The notes: generated by a model from the letters alone, not told the origin. A DNA stretch of 64,000 nucleotides from Nanobdellota archaeon (GCA_030648155.1 JAUSIK010000016.1:81944-145943); one strand, 5' to 3'. Positions 18,770 through 26,640 are shown, numbered from the stretch's first letter. Made by a program: numbers and translations.

Positions 18770-19170
18770 ATTTCTTTAGATAAATTATTTAGCGAGATAG
18801 TTTTTACCTTAAATTCTTTTTCAAGAGTTAATTTTTTTGATTCTATAAATTCAGCAGGGGTGTCGTTGTAGCAAATTATTCTACCGAATGCATCTCTTCC
18901 TCTCCCTTCTTTGTAGCTAAGCATTCCTCTTATTGTTCTTTTTACTATTCTTTCTGGATTTTTAGGAAAGTGCGGGCCGTTTAGCGAAGATCCTCCCCTC
19001 ATTCTAGATTCCCTATAACTATCTATAACGCCTCTTTTTCTTCCAGAGACTACCGCATTATTGCAATTAACAACTACTACGGAATTTCCTAAAAGTGCTT
19101 TTTTAGCTGCGACACTGCACAATCTTCCTAGTGGTGCATTTGATGCGTCAATAATTATTTTTCCAGTCAT
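18766..19170 (-). CDS. rpl13: 50S ribosomal protein uL13
   Basis: IIDASNAPLGRLCSVAAKKALLGNSVVVVN pattern, in the eL18-uL13-uS9 order. Confidence 0.9.
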   Translation of the reverse strand: MTGKIIIDASNAPLGRLCSVAAKKALLGNSVVVVNCNNAVVSGRKRGVIDSYRESRMRGGSSLNGPHFPKNPERIVKRTIRGMLSYKEGRGRDAFGRIICYNDTPAEFIESKKLTLEKEFKVKTISLNNLSKEI

Positions 19171-19535
19171 CTTATTATTTTAATACCCTCCGCTTTCGGA
19201 TTAGTTTTTATTTCTTGGGCCAAATAGACAAAATCTGATTTTGACTCTTTTAATTTTTCCTTTGCTTGGACTGAAATAGCCAACGCGCAAATTTTTAGTT
19301 TCTTTGTTAAATTACCTTTGCTTAATACTTTCCCTGGAATAACTAACGTATCTCCTGCTTTTGATTCTTCGTTTATTCTAGATAAATTAACTGCTGAAAA
19401 CTGCCTCGTTGATGCAGATAATATTTGAGCAATTTTACTCCAATCAGAATTTTTTACTGCAAGCCTTATTGTCTCTGCTAACTCTGGGTTTGTTTTTTTT
19501 CTTAATCTTATTTTTAATTTGTTTTTTGATATCAT
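19167..19535 (-). CDS. rpl18e: 50S ribosomal protein eL18 (L18e)
   Basis: 122 aa. The operon position upstream of uL13 and the pattern ...VNLSRINE...GDTLVIPGKVLSKG are typical of L18e. Confidence 0.8.
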   Translation of the reverse strand: MISKNKLKIRLRKKTNPELAETIRLAVKNSDWSKIAQILSASTRQFSAVNLSRINEESKAGDTLVIPGKVLSKGNLTKKLKICALAISVQAKEKLKESKSDFVYLAQEIKTNPKAEGIKIIR

Positions 19536-19612
19536 AAAGGCATTGATTTAATGAAGGTATTTAAAACTATCTATGTAGAAAGTTTTTTATACTAAAGTGT
19601 GTATAAGTGTGT

Positions 19613-19846
19613 ATGGCAAAAAAGAAGACAAGGGTTAATATAAGTGTAGATAAAGAATTACTCGATAAAGCGAAAACTAAGCTTACACTCTTCGGAGGAA
19701 AATTAAGCACATTATTTAATGCTTTTCTTGCTGACTTTGTAGAAACTATGGGGAAGGATGCGGTGAAGGGATATAATATACTTGAGAAAAAAATGAATGA
19801 AATAGAACAAAGAGTAAAAAAATTTGAAGATAAATTCAAGAAATGA
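19613..19846 (+). CDS. Small ribbon-helix-helix-like protein (antitoxin/regulator-like)
   Basis: MAKKKTRVNISVDKELLDKAKTK is a typical RHH beta-strand start. The track start is GTG 19607. The competing minus ORF 19567..19881 is hydrophobic low-complexity. Confidence 0.5.
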   Translation: MAKKKTRVNISVDKELLDKAKTKLTLFGGKLSTLFNAFLADFVETMGKDAVKGYNILEKKMNEIEQRVKKFEDKFKK

Positions 19847-20050
19847 TTATTTCTTAGAGCGGAAAATAAGAACAACTGCAATTAAAATATAGAAAGCTAA
19901 AATAAAAGGATTGTGAAAAATAATTAAGGCAAGCAGAGGGGAATTTACAATATAATTAGAGCCTTGTTCGACATTTATCTTAATAAAATAGGATACTGCT
20001 AGAATTAAAATAATTGCAATTCCCAAATATAAACTTATTTTTCTATTCAT
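19847..20050 (-). CDS. Small membrane protein (2 TM)
   Basis: Hydrophobic 67-aa ORF. Confidence 0.4.
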   Translation of the reverse strand: MNRKISLYLGIAIILILAVSYFIKINVEQGSNYIVNSPLLALIIFHNPFILAFYILIAVVLIFRSKK

Positions 20051-20159
20051 ATTATTTTTAGAATTGTTAAATATATAAGTTTAATGAGACGAGCACTTTT
20101 ATGCAGAAATATTTATATAGTCTTCATCACAGAATCTTGTATAAATAAAAGAGAAAAAT

Positions 20160-20357
20160 ATGATGAAAAAATGTTCTTTTTGCAAACAACCGCTTGCTGA
20201 TGAACCAGCATTTGAGGTATGTAAAAAATGCGGGCATGCAATTTGGGGGGAAAAGATGTTTAATGCCATTAAAGAAAATATGGAGAAAGCAAAGCAGGTC
20301 GGAGATTTATATCAGGGTTCAGTCACAGAGGATCAGCATTTCAGGAAGGCTATTTAA
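20160..20357 (+). CDS. Small zinc-ribbon protein
   Basis: CSFCKQ...x13...CKKCGH four-Cys ribbon, 65 aa. Confidence 0.5.
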   Translation: MMKKCSFCKQPLADEPAFEVCKKCGHAIWGEKMFNAIKENMEKAKQVGDLYQGSVTEDQHFRKAI

Positions 20358-20397
20358 ATAGGATAATGTTTATAAACTCTATCTTTTAGTTAATTCT

Positions 20398-20658
20398 ATG
20401 TTAAAGCGAAAGTCACCAAGAACTAAAGGAAAGATATCTTTCAGTAAATACTTTCAGGCATTTAAAGAAGGAGATTCAGTAGCCATAGTAAGAGAGCTAG
20501 GAGTGCCTTTGGCTTATTCTAAAAGAATGCAGGGAAGAACTGGAAGAGTAATTGCTAAACAGGGCCAGTCATACCATGTTGAGATTAAAGATTTAAATAA
20601 AAAAAAGTATTATTTTATTAAGCCAATACATCTTAAAAAGATAGAGGAAATAAAATGA
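20398..20658 (+). CDS. rpl21e: 50S ribosomal protein eL21 (L21e)
   Basis: KGDSVAIV-type SH3 core (FKEGDSVAIVRE...RMQGRTGRVI). It begins the conserved archaeal L21e-RpoF-DUF655 gene string. Confidence 0.85.
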   Translation: MLKRKSPRTKGKISFSKYFQAFKEGDSVAIVRELGVPLAYSKRMQGRTGRVIAKQGQSYHVEIKDLNKKKYYFIKPIHLKKIEEIK

Positions 20659-20954
20659 TACTAGGAAAGAAGCCTTTAACATTAGCAGACGTTGGAGAAT
20701 ATGTTCAAAAAGGAGAAACTAAGGAAGCAGTCTTGGAATATTTAAAAAAGTTTGGGAAGGTTTCAAAAGATAAAGCTGACAAATTAAAGGAAGCTATTTC
20801 TGGACTGAACAATCCTAAAATAAAAGATGAAAGCATTGTTAAAATAATAGATTTTATACCGAAAGACCAGGAAGATCTAAATAAAATATTCTTAGAAAAT
20901 GGTCTAAATGAAGAGGAAGTTTTAGCTGTCCTCGCAATTTTGAAGGGCAATTGA
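20655..20954 (+). CDS. rpoF: RNA polymerase subunit Rpo4/RpoF
   Basis: Size (99 aa), helical pattern, and the conserved position between L21e and DUF655. Confidence 0.6.
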   Translation: MILGKKPLTLADVGEYVQKGETKEAVLEYLKKFGKVSKDKADKLKEAISGLNNPKIKDESIVKIIDFIPKDQEDLNKIFLENGLNEEEVLAVLAILKGN

Positions 20955-21496
20955 AAATGATCGAAAAAGACCAATATGCAATAGTATTAGATTATCTACC
21001 TTATGGGTATCCCATGAACGGAAAACCAATTCCAATAGCTCAAGCTATCGGAGAAAATACTTTAGTTTTACTTGAATTGATTCCTAGAAGAGGAACTGTA
21101 ATTGAGCAAAAAGAAAAGGTTTATATAGGCCCGGATAAAAGAGATAAGATACATTACATAGGGGGGAGACTCCCTTTTGATAAAGTCACAGAGACTGCGA
21201 AGATCCAACTGCAGGAATACATTTCAGGAGTAGTTGCGGAGCAGGAAAAGAAATATATAGATTTCTTTAACAATGCCCAAGCAATAAATACAAGACTACA
21301 CCAATTTGAACTTCTTCCAGGATTTGGACAAAAACATACGCAAGAGTTAATTAAGGCCAGGGAAGAGAAACCTTTTGAGTCCTTTGAGGACATAAAGAAA
21401 AGGGTTCATAACATACCTGACCCTAAGAAAGCAATTGAGCGCAGAATTTATGATGAACTTTCTCAAAAGCAAAGGTTCAACCTATTCGTAAAATAA
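20951..21496 (+). CDS. DUF655/COG1491 predicted RNA-binding protein (OB + HhH)
   Basis: YAIVLDYLPYGYP...LLELIPRRG N-terminus, ...QFELLPGFGQKHTQELIKAREEKPFESFEDIKKRV HhH region, and conserved gene order. Confidence 0.7.
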   Translation: MKMIEKDQYAIVLDYLPYGYPMNGKPIPIAQAIGENTLVLLELIPRRGTVIEQKEKVYIGPDKRDKIHYIGGRLPFDKVTETAKIQLQEYISGVVAEQEKKYIDFFNNAQAINTRLHQFELLPGFGQKHTQELIKAREEKPFESFEDIKKRVHNIPDPKKAIERRIYDELSQKQRFNLFVK

Positions 21497-21497
21497 A

Positions 21498-22004
21498 ATG
21501 GCAGAAGAACAAAAACCAGTAAAGAGAAATCCGCATCAGGAAGTGGAGTCAGAAACACTAGTTAGAATACTTGGATATGATATACCTGGATCTAAAAATC
21601 TATACTTAGGTTTAACTTATATCAAAGGTGTTTCTTGGGCTTTGTCTCATGCTATATGCATTAAATTAAATCTTGATAAAACAAAAAAAATAGTAGAGCT
21701 TAGTAAAGATGATATTCATAAAATTGAAAGTTTTATGAGAGAGCTTCCAATTCCAGAATTTTTGAAAAATAGAAGGTTTGACCCTGAAACTGGAGAAACT
21801 AAACATTTTTATGGAGCTGATCTTGATATGAAAAAAGAGTTTGATATTAAAAGATTAATTAAAATGAAAAGCTACAAGGGAATAAGGCATGCAACAGGAC
21901 AGCCTGTTAGAGGGCAGAAAACTAGATCCCACTTCAGAAATAGAAAGAATAAGAAAACTACTGGATTAAAGAGAGAAAAGAAGAAAGAGGTTGCTGCAAA
22001 ATGA
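21498..22004 (+). CDS. rps13: 30S ribosomal protein uS13
   Basis: LVRILGYDIPGSK...YKGIRHATGQPVRGQKTRSH. Confidence 0.9.
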   Translation: MAEEQKPVKRNPHQEVESETLVRILGYDIPGSKNLYLGLTYIKGVSWALSHAICIKLNLDKTKKIVELSKDDIHKIESFMRELPIPEFLKNRRFDPETGETKHFYGADLDMKKEFDIKRLIKMKSYKGIRHATGQPVRGQKTRSHFRNRKNKKTTGLKREKKKEVAAK

Positions 22005-22507
22005 TAAGGAAAAGAAAATTATATCAAAGACCAATGAAACTCTATCAGAAAGATAGAATCGAAGAGGAAAATGTCCTTGTAAAAAGATACGGTTTAAAAA
22101 GCAAGAGAGAAATATGGAAAACTCTTGCTAAAATAAATTACTTTAGAAAGAGAGCTAAAGATCTTGCTAAATCAAGCGGTGAAGAGCAGGAAGTGTTTTT
22201 TAATTATCTAAAAAGTTTAGGACTAGAAATAAAGTCAATAGCAGATATATTAGACCTGCAAATAGAAGACTTACTTAAAAGAAGATTATCTAGCGTGGTC
22301 GTAAGCAAGGCATTAGCTACCACTCCAAAGCAGGCGAGACAGATGATAGCTCATAAAAAAATAATTGTCGGAAAAAATGTAATCGACGCCCCTAGTTATA
22401 TTGTCCCTATAAATCTTGAATCTGAAATAAAAATAAAAAAGAAAAACAAAATAAAAAAAGAAGAAGTGAATGCTGAAAAAGAAGCACCTGTGGAGGTTAG
22501 CGTATAA
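22001..22507 (+). CDS. rps4: 30S ribosomal protein uS4
   Basis: S4 domain RRLSSVVVSKALATTPKQARQMIAHKKIIVGKNVIDAPSYIV, within the uS13-uS4-uS11 order. Confidence 0.9.
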   Translation: MIRKRKLYQRPMKLYQKDRIEEENVLVKRYGLKSKREIWKTLAKINYFRKRAKDLAKSSGEEQEVFFNYLKSLGLEIKSIADILDLQIEDLLKRRLSSVVVSKALATTPKQARQMIAHKKIIVGKNVIDAPSYIVPINLESEIKIKKKNKIKKEEVNAEKEAPVEVSV

Positions 22508-22962
22508 TGGAAAGTGCAGTTGAAGAAAAAATAGTTGAAAAAGAAGCAACTGAAGAGCAGAAAGAAGATTTAAAGAAAAAGGTAAAGGAAGAAAGAGTTG
22601 GTATAGCCTATGTTTACAGTTCGAGAAATAATACTATTATTCATGTAACTGATCTAGTTGGAAATACTCTTTCAAGAATCAGTGGAGGAATGGTTACTAA
22701 ACATTCTAGACTTAAATCTAATCCGACTATTGCTATGTTTGTCGCTAAGAAAGCTGCTGAAAGACCTAGAGATTTAGGAATTACAAGTCTTTACATAAGA
22801 ATGAGGGCAGAAACTGGAAGTACTGGACATGGTCCTGGAGCTCATGCGGCGGTTAAGACTCTTGGAAAAGAAGGGTTTAGAATAATTAGTGTTTTAGATA
22901 CCACTAAAGTTGCTCGTGGAGGGCCTAAAAAGAAAGGAGGACGAAGAGGCAGAAGAGTGTAA
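22507..22962 (+). CDS. rps11: 30S ribosomal protein uS11 (with ~30-aa acidic N-terminal extension)
   Basis: GIAYVYSSRNNTIIHVTD...GPGAHAAVKTLGKEGFRIISVLDTT. Confidence 0.9.
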   Translation: MESAVEEKIVEKEATEEQKEDLKKKVKEERVGIAYVYSSRNNTIIHVTDLVGNTLSRISGGMVTKHSRLKSNPTIAMFVAKKAAERPRDLGITSLYIRMRAETGSTGHGPGAHAAVKTLGKEGFRIISVLDTTKVARGGPKKKGGRRGRRV

Positions 22963-22993
22963 GATTTAAAAACGCACTTAACAATAAATCAAC

Positions 22994-23689
22994 ATGACAA
23001 TCGTTCAAAACACCCCAGAAAAAATTGTAATAAGAATGGAGGCTAATGAGCCTTTAGCAAATGCCATAAGGAGGAGTGTAACTGAAGTCCCTACTCTGGC
23101 AATTGAAGAAGTTGAGGTTTTTAAAAATGATTCTGCGCTTTATGATGAAGTTTTAGTTCATAGATTAGGACTAGTTCCTTTGAAAATGGATAAAGGAATG
23201 AGCGAAAAGACAAAAATAGAATTTAAATTAGTTAAAAAAGGACCTGGAATTGTTTATGCTGAAGATCTTTCAGGAAATGGTGAGCCGGTGTTTGGAAAAA
23301 TTCCTCTTACAATACTTGGGGAAGAAAGCAAAATTGAATTAGTTGCCACAGCTGGACTTGGAAAAGCAATCCAACATGCTAAGTATCTTCCAGGACTGTG
23401 TTACTATAGACACTTACTTGAAATAAATTCATCTTCTAAAATTGACGGCCTTATTGAAAAGTCTAAAGGACTAATGAAAGCTGAAAAGAAAGGCGGAAAG
23501 TGGATTTGTGATTTGAATGAGGCAGTAGTTGAAGAAATTCAAAATATTGATAAGAATGCTGTAAAAGATTCTTCTGAAATATTGTTTGTAATTGAATCTT
23601 TTGGAAACATGCCGGCCAAAGATATTTTGATTAAGGCCATTGAGGCATTAACTGATAATTTAGATGAATTTGAGAAACAATTCAAATAG
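22994..23689 (+). CDS. rpoD: RNA polymerase subunit Rpo3/RpoD
   Basis: LANAIRRSVTEVPTLAIEEVEVFKNDSALYDEVLVHRLGLVPL. It follows uS11 as in most archaea. Confidence 0.85.
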   Translation: MTIVQNTPEKIVIRMEANEPLANAIRRSVTEVPTLAIEEVEVFKNDSALYDEVLVHRLGLVPLKMDKGMSEKTKIEFKLVKKGPGIVYAEDLSGNGEPVFGKIPLTILGEESKIELVATAGLGKAIQHAKYLPGLCYYRHLLEINSSSKIDGLIEKSKGLMKAEKKGGKWICDLNEAVVEEIQNIDKNAVKDSSEILFVIESFGNMPAKDILIKAIEALTDNLDEFEKQFK

Positions 23690-23716
23690 TGTTATTTTTA
23701 TAAAGTAGTGACAATC

Positions 23717-23731
23717 GGAAGATTTATATAG
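23717..23731 (+). promoter_or_regulatory. BRE/TATA-like promoter motif (ggaagatttatatag)
   Basis: Consensus motif 21 nt upstream of ATG 23752. Confidence 0.45.
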
Positions 23732-23751
23732 GTATTTTTTATGAATTTTAT

Positions 23752-24228
23752 ATGTTAAATAGATTATTAGAAAAAATAAGAAAGTTATCCATTCTAGGAA
23801 TAGTAAGTGCTGGGTACGGGGTGGCTTTATATGAATCTGAGTCTGATAAATACAATATTGCTGAAGCTATACTAAAATCAAATAATTCAGAATTACCCCA
23901 AATTGAAAGAGAATCAATGAAATTTGAACCATTTTTACATTTAGGAAATATTGAAAAAATAGGTAATGGAAACAACTTTGGTTATATGAATGATGATTTA
24001 AATCTTGATTTAGTAAGTGTGAAAAATAATCGCCTAATTGTTAATCAATATTACGGCGATAATTTTATTGAGAGGGAAGTAAAATTAAATGTTAAAGGGA
24101 TTCCTACTAATTATAGTGTTTCTGATAAATGTAAAATCATTGTAACTGACTTTAACAATGATGGATTAAATGATATTATTGTCAGAGATCCTGATGGAAA
24201 ATTTTCTTCATTGTTCAGGATTAAGTAA
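23752..24228 (+). CDS. Hypothetical membrane-anchored protein with an FG-GAP/VCBS-like C-terminal repeat
   Basis: N-terminal TM segment and TDFNNDGLNDIIVRDPDG near the C-terminus. Confidence 0.5.
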   Translation: MLNRLLEKIRKLSILGIVSAGYGVALYESESDKYNIAEAILKSNNSELPQIERESMKFEPFLHLGNIEKIGNGNNFGYMNDDLNLDLVSVKNNRLIVNQYYGDNFIEREVKLNVKGIPTNYSVSDKCKIIVTDFNNDGLNDIIVRDPDGKFSSLFRIK

Positions 24229-24234
24229 TTTTTT

Positions 24235-24397
24235 ATAAAGAAATTCTCTAAAATTTCTAATACTCGTGAGAAATCTCTAATATTTATGCAGGAGTTTGTC
24301 TTGTCGATTTCTCCCGGTTCTCACAAAACCCCTCAGGTTTTGTGATTTTCATTTCTGGCCGATGCAGAGCATCGGGATATTAAACCCAGAAATGAAA
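24235..24397 (+). repeat. Bipartite intergenic repeat, copy 1 (conserved 5' module + variable core + 51-nt nested palindrome 24347-24397)
   Basis: The 5' module ataaagaaattctctaaaatttc and the 3' module tttcatttctgg-ccgatgc-aga-gcatcgg-gatattaaac-ccagaaatgaaa recur at 40602-40734. Possible structured sRNA or MITE-like element. Confidence 0.6.
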
Positions 24398-24438
24398 TAA
24401 GTAAACTTATAAACGTAATTCTACTGGGATTTTTATTC

Positions 24439-24522
24439 GCGGAGATGCCGGAGCGGTCAAACGGACGCGATTAAGGCTCGCGTGGCTTAGTGCCTTCGAA
24501 GGTTCGAATCCTTCTCTCCGCA
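24439..24522 (+). tRNA. tRNA-Leu with anticodon AAG (as folded by hand)
   Basis: Acceptor GCGGAGA/TCTCCGC, anticodon stem CGCGA/TCGCG, loop TTAAGGC, long variable arm TGGCTTAGTGCCTTC, T-arm GAAGG-TTCGAATC-CTTC, discriminator A. A TATA-like aaacttataaacg lies ~25-35 nt upstream. Confidence 0.75.
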
Positions 24523-24597
24523 TTTCATGATCAAAGATCATGTCAAATCTCAAGGATTTGAAAGGTTGCTAGATACAAAACCCGCTGGAGGTTTTGA

Positions 24598-24617
24598 TTC
24601 GGATACTTCTCTCCGCA
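24598..24617 (+). repeat. Degenerate duplicate of the tRNA-Leu(AAG) T-loop/3' end
   Basis: ttcggatacttctctccgca versus the tRNA's ttcgaatccttctctccgca (18/20). The last 12 nt (24606-24617) are exact. Confidence 0.75.
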
Positions 24618-24676
24618 TAACCTGTTGGAAAACAGGTTTAATCCAAAGGATTAATTGTGCAAAAGAAAAAATGCTG

Positions 24677-25057
24677 TTATTTTCTATACTCTAATGAAAT
24701 TAAATAAACAAGAAATGCAAAAATTATACCTATTGAATCTAAAATTACGTCGCTAAATGCTGAAGAACGACCAGGAGTAAAATATTGATGTATTTCGTCT
24801 ATTATTGCATATGTTAGCGCTAAAATTATTCCTAGTGAAATTAATTCTTTGTTTTTTCCCTTTGTGAGTGAGATAAATAAAAATATGGAAAGTAGAAAAA
24901 ATATTGAGATGTGATAAACTAGTGCATTTAATCCTATTACTTTCCCAATAGTTGAAGATTCTTCTCCTGTGAGAGAGGAAAAATAAAATATTAGTATTAC
25001 TATAATGGATGTAACTAACCAAGATATTTTTGAGTTTTTTTCTAACCAGGAAATCAT
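24677..25057 (-). CDS. VanZ-like membrane protein
   Basis: Four TM segments and DEIHQYFTPGRSSAFSDVILDSIG, the VanZ family signature region. Confidence 0.7.
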   Translation of the reverse strand: MISWLEKNSKISWLVTSIIVILIFYFSSLTGEESSTIGKVIGLNALVYHISIFFLLSIFLFISLTKGKNKELISLGIILALTYAIIDEIHQYFTPGRSSAFSDVILDSIGIIFAFLVYLISLEYRK

Positions 25058-25098
25058 ATTTTCGGTAGATTTATTTAGGTTATAAGCTTTATTCTAAA

Positions 25099-25695
25099 AT
25101 GAAATTCAGTTCAAAGGAAGTTAAAGATTTAGTATATGCTGGATTACTGATATCCTTAGCTTTTGCAATCCTTTTAGCTGGAGGGTATGAAGCACTAATA
25201 AGTTTGGACGCTGGATTAAGTGTGGCTTTCATTATATCCTTTTTTACAGCTGGAATTGGATTTTTACTTCATGAACTGATGCATAAATATGTGGCTCAAG
25301 GGTATGGGTTACAAGCTGAATTTAGGGCATTTTATAATATGCTATGGCTTGCTTTGTTGTTTTCGTTATTTGGATTTATATTTGCTGCACCTGGCGCTGT
25401 TTTCATACAGGGAAGGATAACTACTCAAAGAAATGGGAAGATTTCTTTGGCTGGGCCATTAACCAATATTATATTGGCTATTTTATTCTTAATAGGGGTT
25501 TTAATTTATGGAAAAGAGGGAATATTAGGATTTTTCTTCTTTATTGGATTGACTATTAATTCTTTACTTGGAGCTTTTAATATGATTCCAGTAATTCCTT
25601 TTGATGGGGGAAAAATTATTACATGGAACAAACCGGTTTACTGGGTAACAGTTATTGTTGCTGTTGGATTGTGGATAATCAGCTGGATTATTTAG
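25099..25695 (+). CDS. M50-family (site-2 protease-like) membrane metalloprotease
   Basis: HExxH in LLHELMHKY and the downstream FNMIPVIPFDGGKI motif. Polytopic membrane protein. Confidence 0.75.
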   Translation: MKFSSKEVKDLVYAGLLISLAFAILLAGGYEALISLDAGLSVAFIISFFTAGIGFLLHELMHKYVAQGYGLQAEFRAFYNMLWLALLFSLFGFIFAAPGAVFIQGRITTQRNGKISLAGPLTNIILAILFLIGVLIYGKEGILGFFFFIGLTINSLLGAFNMIPVIPFDGGKIITWNKPVYWVTVIVAVGLWIISWII

Positions 25696-25731
25696 AACAA
25701 TACTTAAAAGGCTTGTTTTATTAAAAGTTAT

Positions 25732-26121
25732 ATGCAAAAAAGCAATAGTTTCATAACCTTAATAAGATATTTTGGATTGTTTAATTACAATTCTCCAATA
25801 GTGGAAAAAACTTATGCAGTTAATGCAGACCAAAGAAAAGAAAGCCATGGGGAGATTTTAAGAAAATTAATCGATAAATCAACAAGTAAACTTTGGGGCA
25901 AAAGAGCAAATGAATCAGGAGTTGAAAAGTTCAGGGAAGGTTTTAAAGATTATATATTGACTAAAGAAATGGAAGAGGAAAATATTGAAGACAGGTTCTT
26001 TATACTTAATTTTGCTGTTAGTAGTTATTTTCTTTATGCAGATGATTGTTTAAGATCTGGGCGTGAACCTAATATGAAAACTTTGGAAATTAGGCTAAAC
26101 AGAAATAGGCCTAATTTATAA
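25732..26121 (+). CDS. Hypothetical protein
   Basis: ORF track only; no recognisable motif. Confidence 0.4.
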   Translation: MQKSNSFITLIRYFGLFNYNSPIVEKTYAVNADQRKESHGEILRKLIDKSTSKLWGKRANESGVEKFREGFKDYILTKEMEEENIEDRFFILNFAVSSYFLYADDCLRSGREPNMKTLEIRLNRNRPNL

Positions 26122-26126
26122 TCTTA

Positions 26127-26141
26127 GAAAGGCTTATAAAG
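26127..26141 (+). promoter_or_regulatory. BRE/TATA-like promoter motif (gaaaggcttataaag)
   Basis: Consensus motif 21 nt upstream of ATG 26162. Confidence 0.45.
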
Positions 26142-26161
26142 AAAAGTTATTTTATTACAAA

Positions 26162-26632
26162 ATGGGCAAAGGATTAATAATCGGTGTGGTTGTTGCTATA
26201 TTAGTAATTATTCTTGGATACTTTATTTTAAATAATGGTGAAATGAGCAGTACAACTGAAGACAAAAATGAAATTGAAGGGACAAATGATAATACTAATA
26301 CTGGGAAGGAGGAAACCGGTGAAAATGTAATTACTATAACCTCAGCTGGATTCGGCCCTAAAACATTACAGATTAAACAAGGTGACAGCGTAACTTTTGT
26401 AAATGAAGATACTGCGGAGCATTGGCCAGCTAGTGCTATGCACCCAACACATACAGTTTATCCCGGTTCAGATATAGAAAAATGTGGAACTGTAGAAGAA
26501 ATCAAGATATTTGACGCTTGCAAGGGATTAAAACAGGGAGAAAAATATATGTTTGTATTTAATGAAAAAGGAAAATGGAATTATCATGACCACTTGGTTA
26601 GTGGGTTGTATGGAACGGTTGAAGTAAATTAG
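26162..26632 (+). CDS. Membrane-anchored cupredoxin-fold-like protein
   Basis: N-terminal TM segment and C-terminal beta-rich domain (TLQIKQGDSVTFVNED...HWPAS...KWNYHDHL...GTVEV). Fold-level guess. Confidence 0.5.
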   Translation: MGKGLIIGVVVAILVIILGYFILNNGEMSSTTEDKNEIEGTNDNTNTGKEETGENVITITSAGFGPKTLQIKQGDSVTFVNEDTAEHWPASAMHPTHTVYPGSDIEKCGTVEEIKIFDACKGLKQGEKYMFVFNEKGKWNYHDHLVSGLYGTVEVN

Positions 26633-26640
26633 ATTCTAAA

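Noticed and set aside
24543-24561. Trailer hairpins as hidden second tRNAs: stem-loops with 7-nt loops ctcaagg (24545-24559) and ctgaagg (37772-37786) look like Leu(CAA) and Phe(GAA) anticodon arms
   Set aside because: I could not build a cloverleaf around either one. There is no complementary 5' acceptor strand, no D-arm and no TTCRA T-loop in register. They are treated as trailer structure or degenerate tRNA-derived sequence only.
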